In this document: positions 26,457 to 35,864 of the stretch, one piece after another
Numbering within the stretch: position 1 is the first letter of the stretch
Layout: the number at the start of each line of letters is the position of its first letter
NCBI GenBank assembly: GCA_023228705.1
Contig: JALOAS010000004.1
Location: 1,042 to 65,041, forward strand
Origin: Ottowia sp.
GTDB taxonomy: Bacteria > Pseudomonadota > Gammaproteobacteria > Burkholderiales > Burkholderiaceae_C
Direction of reading: 5' to 3'
Length of the DNA: 64,000 nt
Made by a program: the position numbers and the translations under genes
The notes under the pieces: generated by a model
Database searches by the model: none
What the model saw: the letters and a program-made list of their open reading frames with translations, nothing else
Told to the model about the DNA's origin: nothing

Positions 26457-28100
26457 TCAGCGGTAGAGCTCCTCCATCAGGTCGATCTGCTGCACCAGGC
26501 GGCGCGAGGTCGCATCGGAAATCTGGCGCCGGCGGGCCAGGCGCAGGATTTCTTCGCGTTCGGCGCGCAGGGCCGCCAGGCGCAGCCGGCGCTCGACCAC
26601 GTCGGCATGGCGCAAGCGCTCGGCGTCCGTGTTTTCCTGCAGGTCGGTAGCATACAGCCGTTGCTGGTAGGCGGCGATGACGCGGTTGGCGGCGTCGGCG
26701 CAGACCTGGGCGTCCAGCGTATGCGCCTCTGCCTCGATCTCCTGCTGCGCCTTGCGCACCATGGCCATCGCCGCGTTGGCAGCGCTTGAACGCGCCATGT
26801 CTTCAGCCTCTTGAGGCAAGGTATCGGCAGCAAGATGGAGGTTGCGCAGCAGTGGCGGCAATCCCAGGCTGGCGATCAGCAGCGACAGCAGGATCACCGA
26901 TGCAGCCAGGAAGATGGCCAGGTCGCGCGCGGGGAACGGGGCACCGCCAGGAAGCAGCAACGGCAGCGTCAGCACGCCAGCCAGCGTGATGGCACCGCGC
27001 ACGCCGGCCAGTGCCGTCGCCAGCACCAGCTTCCAGTGGGCGTGGCCAACCCAGGACGGCTGTCCCGCGCCCTTGCGCCGTCCCAGCCGGAACGAGACCC
27101 AGACCCAGGCAAAGCGCAGCGCAATCAGCACGCCCGTGATCGAGACGGCGTATACCGCCAGCCACCAGACTTCACGGTGGCCGCTTTGCTGCACGGCGGC
27201 AATGGCGTTGTCCAGGATGTTGGGCAGCTGCTCTCCCAGCAGCACGAACATGACGCCGTTGAGCGTGAACTGTATGGTGTTCCAGACCGCGGCGCGCTCT
27301 ATGCGCGTGGTGGCCATGGCGCGGCCGCTGAGCTCGACGTAGCTCATGGTCACCCCCGCGGCAACGGCGGCCAGGATGCCGGAGGCCTCCAGCTGCTCGG
27401 CCAGCAGGTACGCGCCAAAAGGCGTCAGCAAATTGACCAGGATGGACGTGCCACCTTCGGCGCCAAAGCGGCGGGTCAGCGCCTGCTGCAGGTACGCGAC
27501 CACGATGGTGAACGCCGCGCCGCAGATGAGGCCGGTCGTGGCGACCCAGGAAAACGCCAGCGCGGCAGACTGCAGCGCAAAGGAGCCGGTGAGGACGGTG
27601 GCCACGGCAAACTGGAAGCAGACCAGCCCCGAGGCGTCGTTGAGCAGCGACTCGCCCTCCAGGATGTGCATGAGCCGCCGCGGAACCGGAACGCGCGCGG
27701 TGACTGCCGATACCGCGACGGGATCGGTCGGCGAGATGACCGCAGCCAGCGCAAAAGCCAGGGCCAGCGGCATGGCCGGGATCAGCCAGTGGATAAAGTA
27801 ACCGGCGCCGATCACGGTGAAGACCACCAGCCCCAGCGCCAGCTGCAGCACCATGCCGCGATCGCGCAGCAGGCCGTCCTTGGGGATGCGCCAGCCGTCC
27901 AGGAACAGCAGCGGCGGCAGGAACAGCAGGAAAAAAACCTCCGGCTGCAGCGTCACGCCATGGTGGAAGACGCCGGCAATGAGCCCGCCCAGCGCAATCT
28001 GCACGAGCGGCAGCGGCACCGCAACGGGCAGCGCGCGCACCAAGTAGCCACTGGCCAGGACCGCCAGCAGCATGCCCAGGGCCAGCTCTATGGAGTGCAC
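26457..28100 (-). CDS. Na+/H+ antiporter (CPA1/NhaP type)
   Basis: 547 aa with about 11-12 TM helices (FALAAVISPTDPVAV motif) plus a C-terminal soluble coiled region. Confidence 0.85.
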   Translation of the reverse strand: MHSIELALGMLLAVLASGYLVRALPVAVPLPLVQIALGGLIAGVFHHGVTLQPEVFFLLFLPPLLFLDGWRIPKDGLLRDRGMVLQLALGLVVFTVIGAGYFIHWLIPAMPLALAFALAAVISPTDPVAVSAVTARVPVPRRLMHILEGESLLNDASGLVCFQFAVATVLTGSFALQSAALAFSWVATTGLICGAAFTIVVAYLQQALTRRFGAEGGTSILVNLLTPFGAYLLAEQLEASGILAAVAAGVTMSYVELSGRAMATTRIERAAVWNTIQFTLNGVMFVLLGEQLPNILDNAIAAVQQSGHREVWWLAVYAVSITGVLIALRFAWVWVSFRLGRRKGAGQPSWVGHAHWKLVLATALAGVRGAITLAGVLTLPLLLPGGAPFPARDLAIFLAASVILLSLLIASLGLPPLLRNLHLAADTLPQEAEDMARSSAANAAMAMVRKAQQEIEAEAHTLDAQVCADAANRVIAAYQQRLYATDLQENTDAERLRHADVVERRLRLAALRAEREEILRLARRRQISDATSRRLVQQIDLMEELYR

Positions 28101-28199
28101 GGCAACAGTTTATACACCGGCTGCCGCCCGGTGTGCGCGGCGCGGTCAGCGCATCATCGATCCACGGCGGTTTCTGCCGGGCGCAACCGCGACGTCACG

Positions 28200-28724
28200 C
28201 TACGCAGCGGCGCGTTGCTGCCCGGCACGCGCTTCCAGCGCGAGCAGCCCTTCCTTGCGTGCCAGGCCGCCCCCGTAGCCGGTCAGCTTGCCGTTGCTGC
28301 CGATGACGCGGTGGCAGGGCACGACGATGCTGATCTTGTTGCTGCCGTTGGCGTTGGCCACCGCACGGACGGCCGTGGGTCGACCGACGCGCTCCGCCTG
28401 CTGGGCGTAGCTCCAGGTTTCGCCGTAGGGAATCTGCAGCAGGCTGCGCCAGACGCTTTGCTGAAAATCCGTTCCCACCAGGTCGAGCGGGACGTCAAAG
28501 TCGCGCCGCTGCCCGGCAAAATAATCGCGCAGCTGCCGGCCCAGGCGGGCGGTGAGCGCGTTCTCGCCGGCGCGCAGCACACCGCCGCGCGCGGCCTGCA
28601 CCTGCTGCAGCTCCCGGTCCAGCCGCTCCTGGCCGACAAACTCAAGCAGGCACAAGCCGTTTTCTGAAAAAACCGCCAGCATCTCGCCCAGCGGCGTCGA
28701 ATAAGTGTGTGAGATCAGGGCCAT
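28200..28724 (-). CDS. ogt: methylated-DNA--protein-cysteine methyltransferase
   Basis: Start at MALISHTYSTPLGEM. Active-site motif is IVVPCHRVIG, and YGETWSYAQQAERVGRPTAVRAVANANG is also present. Confidence 0.9.
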   Translation of the reverse strand: MALISHTYSTPLGEMLAVFSENGLCLLEFVGQERLDRELQQVQAARGGVLRAGENALTARLGRQLRDYFAGQRRDFDVPLDLVGTDFQQSVWRSLLQIPYGETWSYAQQAERVGRPTAVRAVANANGSNKISIVVPCHRVIGSNGKLTGYGGGLARKEGLLALEARAGQQRAAA

Positions 28725-28864
28725 GGTCGCAAACTGGAAAGAAGAGGTACGGTCCATGGTACGCCTATTTGGATCCGCTGTCCCGGGGGAGCGGCCGCTG
28801 GCCGGGTCCAACGTGCGCTGGCCGCAGTTGCCCGCGGCCGGGATCCCCTTCCGCTTTCTGCGCC

Positions 28865-30346
28865 TCACTCCGGCACCCAGCGCAGCCGCACGCGCCACGC
28901 ACGGCCGGATCCGGTGCTGCTGTTGCTCAGCCGATAATGGCGGTCCGCGACGTTGTCAACGCCGAACATCAGCTCCCACGCGGGCGCAAAATGCGCGCTG
29001 GCCTGCACGTCAAGACGTCCGTAACCGGCCAGCTGGCTGCGGTGCGCGGCATCGCCGTAGCGGCGGCTGAACAGCCGCCATTTCGGGCTGACCTGCCAGG
29101 GGCCGATCCGCGTGCTGGCGTCCAGCTTCAGCACGCGCGTGGCACGGCGCGGCAACAGCAACTGGCTGTCCGCATCCACGGGCTGCTGCAGCTCCAGCGA
29201 CCCACCCAGGTCAAACCGCCCCAGGCCGCGCTGGCCGGACAGGGCCAGGCCCTGCAGCTGCGTGCCGCGTCCGTCGGTGTCGCAATCGGCCAGGTCCTGG
29301 CACAGGCTGCCCGGCGCCAGGCTCACGAGCTCGCGGACGTGGCGGCGGTAAACCGCCAGGCCCAGCGCCTCGTCCTCGCTTTCCCAATCCAGATGCAGCG
29401 CCACGCCCTGCTTTTTTTCCGGCTGGTCGGAGTCAGAGAATCGGCTATGCAGGGTGGGCACCTGCACGCTGCTGCCGGCCATGACGGACAGCCGCCACTG
29501 CGGCACGATGTCGTAGTCCCAGGTCAGCTTGCCGGTCGCGTGGTCGCCAAACTCGCTGTCGTGCATGTAGCCCAGCCCCAGGTCCAGGCTGTGCGCACGG
29601 CGCTTGTACACGTGCCCCAGCGACCAGGTCCTCTGATGGTGGCCGCGCGCGTTGCTATCAGAACGCAGCAAGTCGCTGTCGTCCCTGACGCTCGCGGTGA
29701 CAGCATGGTGGCCCAGTTTCCAGCGGTTTTCAAACACATGGTCACGCAGCTGCGTGCGCGTCGGTCCCTGCCGGAAGCGCAAGCCGTAGTCATTCAGTTC
29801 GCCACGGGTTGCAATGCGGGTGCTGTAGCGGTCGGTCCAGTCGGCCAGCCAGGCCGTCTCCAGCGCACGCGAATGGCGCAACAGCCCGTCACGGGCAGCC
29901 GGCAGCGGGCGCGCACGCTGCGCATCCGCATGGGACAGCGACCCGGTCAGTTGCAGGCGGTGCGTTGCGTTGAAATTCCAGTCCAGCCGCCCCTTGGCTG
30001 CGCTCTGGCCCAGCCCCGGCGGCCCATGCGGCACCGGAGCGGCCGACAGGGGCGGCCAGCCGTCGTCTGTCGCTGGCAACGGCTCGACGGCGTAGTCCAG
30101 CCGGTAGTCGAGGCGGCGGGTTTCACCCGAGATGTCAAAGCTCCGCCGCTCGTCGTGCTGGCTGCCCGCCGCGCCGCCGGACCGCATCGCGTCGCTTCCA
30201 CGGGGGGTAAAAATCCGTCCCGTGTCCCATCGACCGCCCGCCCCGACCCCATCGGGCACCTGCGCGGCGACCGCCGCCGCAAAGAGCAGGCCGGCCAGGC
30301 CGACGCGGCCGATCCGGCGCCCTGCCCGCAACCGCGGCACGGGCAT
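28865..30346 (-). CDS. outer-membrane beta-barrel protein resembling the C-terminal barrel of TonB-dependent receptors, no plug domain seen
   Basis: Start at MPVPRLRAGRRIGRVGLAGLLFAAAVAAQ (signal-peptide-like) within ORF 28865..31327. C-terminal LAGYGRLDVQASAHFAPAWELMFGVDNVADRHY resembles the final strands of a TonB-dependent receptor. No clear RBS. Confidence 0.45.
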   Translation of the reverse strand: MPVPRLRAGRRIGRVGLAGLLFAAAVAAQVPDGVGAGGRWDTGRIFTPRGSDAMRSGGAAGSQHDERRSFDISGETRRLDYRLDYAVEPLPATDDGWPPLSAAPVPHGPPGLGQSAAKGRLDWNFNATHRLQLTGSLSHADAQRARPLPAARDGLLRHSRALETAWLADWTDRYSTRIATRGELNDYGLRFRQGPTRTQLRDHVFENRWKLGHHAVTASVRDDSDLLRSDSNARGHHQRTWSLGHVYKRRAHSLDLGLGYMHDSEFGDHATGKLTWDYDIVPQWRLSVMAGSSVQVPTLHSRFSDSDQPEKKQGVALHLDWESEDEALGLAVYRRHVRELVSLAPGSLCQDLADCDTDGRGTQLQGLALSGQRGLGRFDLGGSLELQQPVDADSQLLLPRRATRVLKLDASTRIGPWQVSPKWRLFSRRYGDAAHRSQLAGYGRLDVQASAHFAPAWELMFGVDNVADRHYRLSNSSTGSGRAWRVRLRWVPE

Positions 30347-30386
30347 GGTCAACAAGGAGGGGCCGGAGACAATACGCATGCAAGAC

Positions 30387-30414
30387 AAGAGGGGCCAGGC
30401 AAGAGGGGCCAGGC
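30387..30414 (+). repeat. tandem 14-nt direct repeat aagaggggccaggc x2
   Basis: Read directly from the sequence, about 40-70 nt upstream of the minus-strand barrel-protein start. Confidence 0.8.
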
Positions 30415-30806
30415 CGATTTTCGTGCCGCTCAGACGGGCAACGGGCCGTGGTGCGCAACAGCCGGGCGTCGGGTCAAGCCCGCATTGTGAACCGATGGCC
30501 GTCCGGGCAGGCTGCCGCGATGCGGCCACGGCGAACGCAGACCTGGGAACAGCCGCGCCTGCTGCTGCCAGGGGCCAAGCGCAGCTGCCATCAGAAATAA
30601 CACGTTCTGCAAGACATGGCAACCCGCGGCCAGCGACAGGCCCAACCAGATGGAGTCCGCGCCGCAGCGCAAGTTGCACGGGATCCGGGAGATCGCCTGC
30701 CGCAGCCGCAGCTGGGCCACTGCAATGGCATGGACCGGCCTCACCGCTGCCACCATCGGGGGCGGCCCGTACAATGTGTGGCCGTGCCCTTACGCACGAT
30801 ACTGCC

Positions 30807-31058
30807 ATGACCCATGCATCCCTGACCGAACAGCTGGCCGATCGCGCCGAACGCCTGCTGTTGCGCCACAATGAACTGCGCAAGACCAACGCGCTGCTCG
30901 AGCAGCAGGTGCAGGCGTTGACGCAAGAGCGCGAGAGCCTCAAATCCCGGCTGCAGGCTGCGCGCACGCGTGTGGACGCGCTGATCGAACGCCTGCCGCA
31001 GAACCAGCCCGCAGCGCCAGATGGTGCGCACGAGCCTGCTTCGGAGCCCGCATCATGA
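30807..31058 (+). CDS. small coiled-coil protein, ZapB-like (upstream partner of zapA)
   Basis: 83 aa, MTHASLTEQLADRAERLLLRHNELRKTNALLEQQVQALTQERESLKSRLQAARTRVDALIERL. ATGA overlap with zapA. Confidence 0.6.
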   Translation: MTHASLTEQLADRAERLLLRHNELRKTNALLEQQVQALTQERESLKSRLQAARTRVDALIERLPQNQPAAPDGAHEPASEPAS

Positions 31059-31396
31059 AACGCATAGAAGCACAGATCATGGGCCGCAGCTACCTGCTCA
31101 GCTGCCCCGAGGGCGACGAGGCACGGCTGCGTGCCGCGGTGCAGCGGGTCGATGCGGCCATGTGCGGCATCCGCGACGAGGGCAAGATCAAGGCACGCGA
31201 CCGGGTTGCGGTGCTGGCCGCGCTGAACCTGGCGTTTGAAGCGCTGGCCGACACGGGCCAGCCCGCGAGGCCATCCGCACCGCCGACGGATGGCAGCAGC
31301 GCCAATGCCGTCCCTGATGCCGAGCAACAGGCCGCGCTGGGGCAGTTGCTCGAGCGCATGGATCAGGCGCTGGGCGCAGACGGCCGGCTGGTTTGA
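31055..31396 (+). CDS. zapA: cell division protein ZapA
   Basis: 113 aa, MKRIEAQIMGRSYLLSCPEGDEARLRAAVQRVDAAM..., a ZapA-family pattern. Confidence 0.88.
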   Translation: MKRIEAQIMGRSYLLSCPEGDEARLRAAVQRVDAAMCGIRDEGKIKARDRVAVLAALNLAFEALADTGQPARPSAPPTDGSSANAVPDAEQQAALGQLLERMDQALGADGRLV

Positions 31397-31442
31397 TCAG
31401 TCGCAACTTGCGCACACGGAAGCGGCGATCGGCCTTACAATG

Positions 31443-31628
31443 AATCTGTCTGCGATGTGCAGCTGGGCCTTATATTTCCTTGAACCAATGCTCTTACGAG
31501 CCGGGCTTGGAACATTGTCTGGCCGGAGTGATCGTCTCGCGATAGACGAACCGGAGGTCAGTCTGCCCTCGCCCACCTGAACCTGAGCGTTCAGGATGCG
31601 GGTCCACAGCATCGCAGGCACTCAGATT
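31443..31628 (+). ncRNA. ssrS: 6S RNA
   Basis: Conserved position immediately downstream of zapA. The 5' aatctgtctgcgatgtg pairs with the 3' cacagcatcgcaggcactcagatt to form the long closing stem. TACAAT lies at 31436..31441. Length is about 186 nt and is followed by a terminator. Ends are approximate. Confidence 0.75.
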
Positions 31629-31634
31629 CCAAGC

Positions 31635-31665
31635 AAAAGGCCGGTTTCCTACCGGCCTTTTGCTT
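31635..31665 (+). terminator. rho-independent terminator of ssrS
   Basis: Stem aaaaggccggt, loop ttcct, stem accggcctttt, then tgctt. Confidence 0.75.
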
Positions 31666-31687
31666 GGGGTCCCCTGCACCTGCACCC

Positions 31688-32512
31688 ATGCCCATAGACG
31701 TCCAGATCATCGTTGAACTGACCGTGCTGGGCCTGTTCGTGGGGTTTGCGGCCGGGCTGTTCGGCATAGGCGGTGGCGGCACCATGGTGCCGCTGATCGC
31801 GGCCATCCTCAGCACCCGCGGCGTCTCGGGCGGCCTGGCGGTCAAGATGGCCATCGCCACGTCCATGGCCACCATCGTGTTCACGGCCACCAGCAGCGTC
31901 TGGGCGCATCACCGCCGCGGCGCGGTTCGCTGGGACCTGGTCGCCAGCCTGGCGCCGGGCATCGTGGCCGGCAGCATCCTGGCCAGCTTTGGTGCGTTTG
32001 CCGTGTTGAAGGGCTGGGTGCTGGCGCTGATCTTCGGGGTCTTCCTCATGGTTGCCGGAACGCGCATGTTCAGCAGCAAGCCCGCCTCGCCGCGGCGCCA
32101 CCTGCCAGGGCCAACGGGCCTGTTTGGCGCGGGCGGGGTCATCGGCTTTCTCTCGGGCCTGGTCGGGATTGGCGGCGGCGCCATCTCGGTGCCTTTCCTG
32201 GCCTGGTGCAACGTCACCGTGCACCACGCGGTGGCGACCAGCGCGGCGCTGGGTCTGCCCATCGCGGTGTCCAACATGGCCGGCTACATCTATTCCGGCC
32301 ACGGGGTGACGGGCCTGCCGCCGTACTCGTTTGGCTACATCTGGCTGCCGGCGCTGGTCATCATCGCCGTCTGCAGCGTCTCCATGGCGCCGCTGGGCGC
32401 CAGAATCTCGCACCGGCTGCCCGTTGCCAGGCTGCGCCGGCTGTTTGCGCTCTTGCTGTACGGGCTGGGGATCTACATGCTGTACAAGGGTTTCAGCACC
32501 ATGGGCACCTGA
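31688..32512 (+). CDS. TauE/SafE (DUF81) family sulfite/anion exporter
   Basis: Start at MPIDVQIIVEL, chosen so as not to overlap the terminator. Carries duplicated GxGGG motifs (GLFGIGGGGTMVPL and GLVGIGGGAISVPF). Confidence 0.85.
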   Translation: MPIDVQIIVELTVLGLFVGFAAGLFGIGGGGTMVPLIAAILSTRGVSGGLAVKMAIATSMATIVFTATSSVWAHHRRGAVRWDLVASLAPGIVAGSILASFGAFAVLKGWVLALIFGVFLMVAGTRMFSSKPASPRRHLPGPTGLFGAGGVIGFLSGLVGIGGGAISVPFLAWCNVTVHHAVATSAALGLPIAVSNMAGYIYSGHGVTGLPPYSFGYIWLPALVIIAVCSVSMAPLGARISHRLPVARLRRLFALLLYGLGIYMLYKGFSTMGT

Positions 32513-32541
32513 CTGCTGCACGGCCGACCGCCGCGGGCGCG

Positions 32542-33906
32542 TCAGCGGGACGGTGACGCCTCGGCAAACTGCGCCTTCATGGCCTTGGTCAGGCGGCCCT
32601 TGACGGCGCGCGAGGCCACCACCTCATGACGCTCGACAAACGCCTCGTGGTTGCGCTCGATCTCGTCGGGCTCGTAGCGGTAGTTGACCATGACGCCAAA
32701 GGACTGGCGCAGGCCCTTTTCGGACACGTCAGCGAGGAAGTGCACGCGGTGGAGCTCGGCGCCATTGCGCAAGTGAAAGCGTGCCACCGGATCCACGGGC
32801 CGGTCCCGGTCGTTGCGCGCGAGCAGCAGGTAAAACGTGGCACAGTCCAGCAGCACGTCACGCACCTGATCAACGCGCGCTGCGTCCGCCTGCCAGCCGG
32901 GCGCATCCAGAATGTCCAGCGTCTGCCGCTGCGAATCGGAGAGGAAATCAATCTGGTTTGATTCGCGTGCCTGCCGCAGCCACCTGGCAAACCCGGGCAC
33001 CGGCGACAGCGTCACGTACGTAGTCAGATCGGTCAACTCGCGCCTGAGCTGGTCGATGACGCGCTTGAGCAGGAAGCTGCCAAACGGCACGCCCGCCAGC
33101 CCGCGCTGCGTGTTGGAGATGGAATAGAAAACCGCGGTTGTCGCATCTTCCAGCGGTACTTCCACGCGGTCGTCGTCCAGCAGCGTCTGGATGGACGAGG
33201 GCACGCCATCGGACAGCGCCACTTCGACGAAGATGAGCGGCTCGTCGGGCAGGCGCGGATGAAAGAAGGCAAGGCAGCGCCGGTCCTGCGGATCCAGGCG
33301 GCTGCGCAGGTCGTCCCAGCCGGCAATGGCATGCACGGCCTCGTACCTGATCAGCTTTTCCAGCACATTGGCCGGCGTGCCCCAGCTGATGGGCTGGACT
33401 TCCAGGAACCCCGGGTTGAACCACGACGCGAACAGGTGCGCAAAGTCCGTGTCGACCGGCGCCAGCTCCGGGTGCCCGGCCAGCATGCCCTGCAGGCTCT
33501 CGCGCATCTTGATCAGGCCATAGGTACCGCCCCTGGAGTAGTTCACGCGACGGAAAAGCTCTTGCCGGCGCGGTTCCGACGCCTTGTGCAACCCCTGCTC
33601 GGCCTTGCTGTCGGCGGCGCTGGTGTAGCGTGCGATGGCGGCGGCAACCCGCTCGGGATCGGCGCCAAAGCCGCGCGCCAATTCGGTGAAGAACGCAAGC
33701 CGTGCCGCTGCAGGCGCTGCCTCGAACTTGTCGAGCAGCCGCTGCGCCAGCAGCGTCCCCGATGCCTCCCCGCGCCGGGACAGCAGGAAGCGGGCGATGG
33801 TGACCAGGTCGTCGGGCAGGTCCCGGCCGGCGTCGTGCGTCAGTCCGCCAAAAATCTTCCAGTCGCCGGCCACCAGGCGCAGCAATCGTTCCTTGGTCGT
33901 GGTCAT
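32542..33906 (-). CDS. malonyl-CoA decarboxylase
   Basis: 454 aa with family-typical blocks (FFHPRLPDEPLIFVEVAL, FYSISNTQRGLAGVPFGSFLLKRV, VARFHLRNGA). Confidence 0.85.
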   Translation of the reverse strand: MTTTKERLLRLVAGDWKIFGGLTHDAGRDLPDDLVTIARFLLSRRGEASGTLLAQRLLDKFEAAPAAARLAFFTELARGFGADPERVAAAIARYTSAADSKAEQGLHKASEPRRQELFRRVNYSRGGTYGLIKMRESLQGMLAGHPELAPVDTDFAHLFASWFNPGFLEVQPISWGTPANVLEKLIRYEAVHAIAGWDDLRSRLDPQDRRCLAFFHPRLPDEPLIFVEVALSDGVPSSIQTLLDDDRVEVPLEDATTAVFYSISNTQRGLAGVPFGSFLLKRVIDQLRRELTDLTTYVTLSPVPGFARWLRQARESNQIDFLSDSQRQTLDILDAPGWQADAARVDQVRDVLLDCATFYLLLARNDRDRPVDPVARFHLRNGAELHRVHFLADVSEKGLRQSFGVMVNYRYEPDEIERNHEAFVERHEVVASRAVKGRLTKAMKAQFAEASPSR

Positions 33907-33978
33907 GATCGGGTCAGGTCTCCTTCATGCGGCGCAGCCCGCGGCAGCCGGCAGCAACGTGTCCATGCTGCATTCTCG

Positions 33979-35295
33979 TCAAAACGCGGGTCCCATGTAC
34001 CAGTTGGGCAACGCCGTGACGATGGAGGGAAACACGCAGAGGATGACGATGGCAACCAGCATGACGGCGACGTACGGCAGCGCGCCCACCAGGATCTCCT
34101 TGGTCGGGACATCGGGCGCGATCGCATCGATGACGAAGAGGTTGAGCCCCACCGGCGGCGAGATCAGCCCCACCTCCATGTTGATCGTCAGGACGATGGC
34201 AAACCAGTAGGGATCGAACCCGGCCTGCGTGATGATGGGCAGCAGCAGCGGCGCGGTCATGACAATCACCGCCACCGGCGGCAGGAACATGCCCGCCACC
34301 AGCAGGAAGACGTTGATCAGCCCCATCAGCACCCAGCGGTTGACCTCCAGCGCGGCAATGGTCCCGGCCAGCGTCTGCGTGATGTACAGCGACGAGAGCG
34401 CAAAGGCAAACAGCTCGGCTGCGGCCATGATCATCATGATCATGACGCTCTCGCGCATGGCGGCGCTGAAGATGTCGACAAAGGTCTTGGCCTGGAACAG
34501 CCGGTAGACGACGACCACGACCAGCAGCGTCAGGAACGCGCCGGCGCCCGCGGCCTCCGAAGGCGTTGCAACGCCGCCATAGAGCACGAACAGCAGCGTG
34601 ACGATGATGGCCAGGATGGGCAGCACGCGCGGCAGGGTCTGGAACTTCTCGCGCCACGAGTACGTGATATCGGGGCTACCAAAGCGGAACCCCTTGCGGT
34701 GCGCGTCAAACAGCGCCCACGCCATGAACATGGACACCAGCATCAGCCCCGGCAGCACGCCGGCAAGGAAAAGCCGGCCTATGGAGGTTTCGGTGGCAAT
34801 GCCGTAAACGATGAGCGTGACCGAAGGCGGGATCAGGATGCCCAGCGTGCCACCGGCAGCAATCGATCCGGTGGCCACCGACGCCGGGTAGCCGCGCTCG
34901 AGCATCTCCGGAATCCCCATCTTGCCGATGGCGGCGCAGGTGGCGGGGCTGGATCCGGTCATGCCGGCAAAGATGCCGCAGGCGCCCAGGTTGGACAGGA
35001 TGAGCCCGCCGGGCACCTTGTACAGCCAGCGGTCCAGGGCACGGTACAGGTCGCGCCCGGCCGGCGTGCCGGCAACGATGTCGCCCATGAGGACAAACAT
35101 GGGTATGGCCACGTACCCCAGGTTCGCAATGCCGGCAAACATGGTTTCCGCCAGCACGCCGATGACGTCGGGCCCCTGGTCCAGGAAGAGGCTGGCCACC
35201 GCTGCCAGGCCCAGCGCAAATGCGATGGGCATGCCGGTGGCCAGCATGGCGAGCAGCACCAGGATGAGGATCGCGCCGGCGATGGCAGGGGTCAT
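33979..35295 (-). CDS. dctM: TRAP transporter large permease subunit
   Basis: Start at MTPAIAGAILILVLLAML, 438 aa, highly hydrophobic. ATGA overlap with dctQ. Confidence 0.9.
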   Translation of the reverse strand: MTPAIAGAILILVLLAMLATGMPIAFALGLAAVASLFLDQGPDVIGVLAETMFAGIANLGYVAIPMFVLMGDIVAGTPAGRDLYRALDRWLYKVPGGLILSNLGACGIFAGMTGSSPATCAAIGKMGIPEMLERGYPASVATGSIAAGGTLGILIPPSVTLIVYGIATETSIGRLFLAGVLPGLMLVSMFMAWALFDAHRKGFRFGSPDITYSWREKFQTLPRVLPILAIIVTLLFVLYGGVATPSEAAGAGAFLTLLVVVVVYRLFQAKTFVDIFSAAMRESVMIMMIMAAAELFAFALSSLYITQTLAGTIAALEVNRWVLMGLINVFLLVAGMFLPPVAVIVMTAPLLLPIITQAGFDPYWFAIVLTINMEVGLISPPVGLNLFVIDAIAPDVPTKEILVGALPYVAVMLVAIVILCVFPSIVTALPNWYMGPAF

Positions 35296-35795
35296 GGTGA
35301 TGCGGGAAACAGCTTCAGCAGCTCGGCGACGTACTGCAGGCAGAGCAGGACAAAGCCCACGAACACCGGCGTCAGCGGCATCCACAGCGGCACGCGCGCG
35401 ACGCTGGGCGTGGTCCAGCCGCCGGCAATCGCGTCAAAGAGAAAGATCGCCGTGGCCACGGCCATGACCAGGCAGAAAACCAGCCCCAGCACGGCGCCGA
35501 CGCGGTCCAGCCACAAGCGTACGCGGCTCTTGACCATGAGATGGATGAAATCAACGCCCACGTGGCCCTTGATCAGAAGCACGTACGGCGCGCCCAGGAA
35601 AATCGAGGCGGTTGCGCTGAAGACAACCGCCTCGGTCTGCCAGGTGGTGTGCGCGGTGAAGACGTAGCGGATCAGGATCATCTCGCAGACCACGAGCATG
35701 GCCACCACCAGCAGCACGGCAGCAGCCACCCCGCACAGGCGGGACAGCCCGTCAATCCAGCGGATGTACGTCTGGCGCACGGAAATCCGGTTCAT
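35292..35795 (-). CDS. dctQ: TRAP transporter small permease subunit
   Basis: 167 aa with 4 TM helices, positioned between dctP and dctM. Confidence 0.85.
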   Translation of the reverse strand: MNRISVRQTYIRWIDGLSRLCGVAAAVLLVVAMLVVCEMILIRYVFTAHTTWQTEAVVFSATASIFLGAPYVLLIKGHVGVDFIHLMVKSRVRLWLDRVGAVLGLVFCLVMAVATAIFLFDAIAGGWTTPSVARVPLWMPLTPVFVGFVLLCLQYVAELLKLFPASP

Positions 35796-35864
35796 CCGCA
35801 GCCGACTGCCCCGCGCCCGCGGCAGGCGGACGCGATGCAGCCGGGCGGCGCTGCGCGGCGCAGC

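Noticed and set aside
30347-30806. A cobalamin riboswitch in the 460-nt leader of the TonB-dependent-receptor-like gene.
   Set aside because: Reading the minus strand, I found neither a B12 box (GCCACTG-type core) nor the conserved GGGAA/GGTG elements. A cmscan with RF00174 would settle it.
30347-31327. The upstream two-fifths of the 820-aa ORF 28865..31327 as part of a large outer-membrane protein.
   Set aside because: That part runs antisense through the zapB-like and zapA genes and is Arg/Ala-rich low-complexity sequence. A signal-peptide-like Met at 30346 gives a coherent barrel protein.
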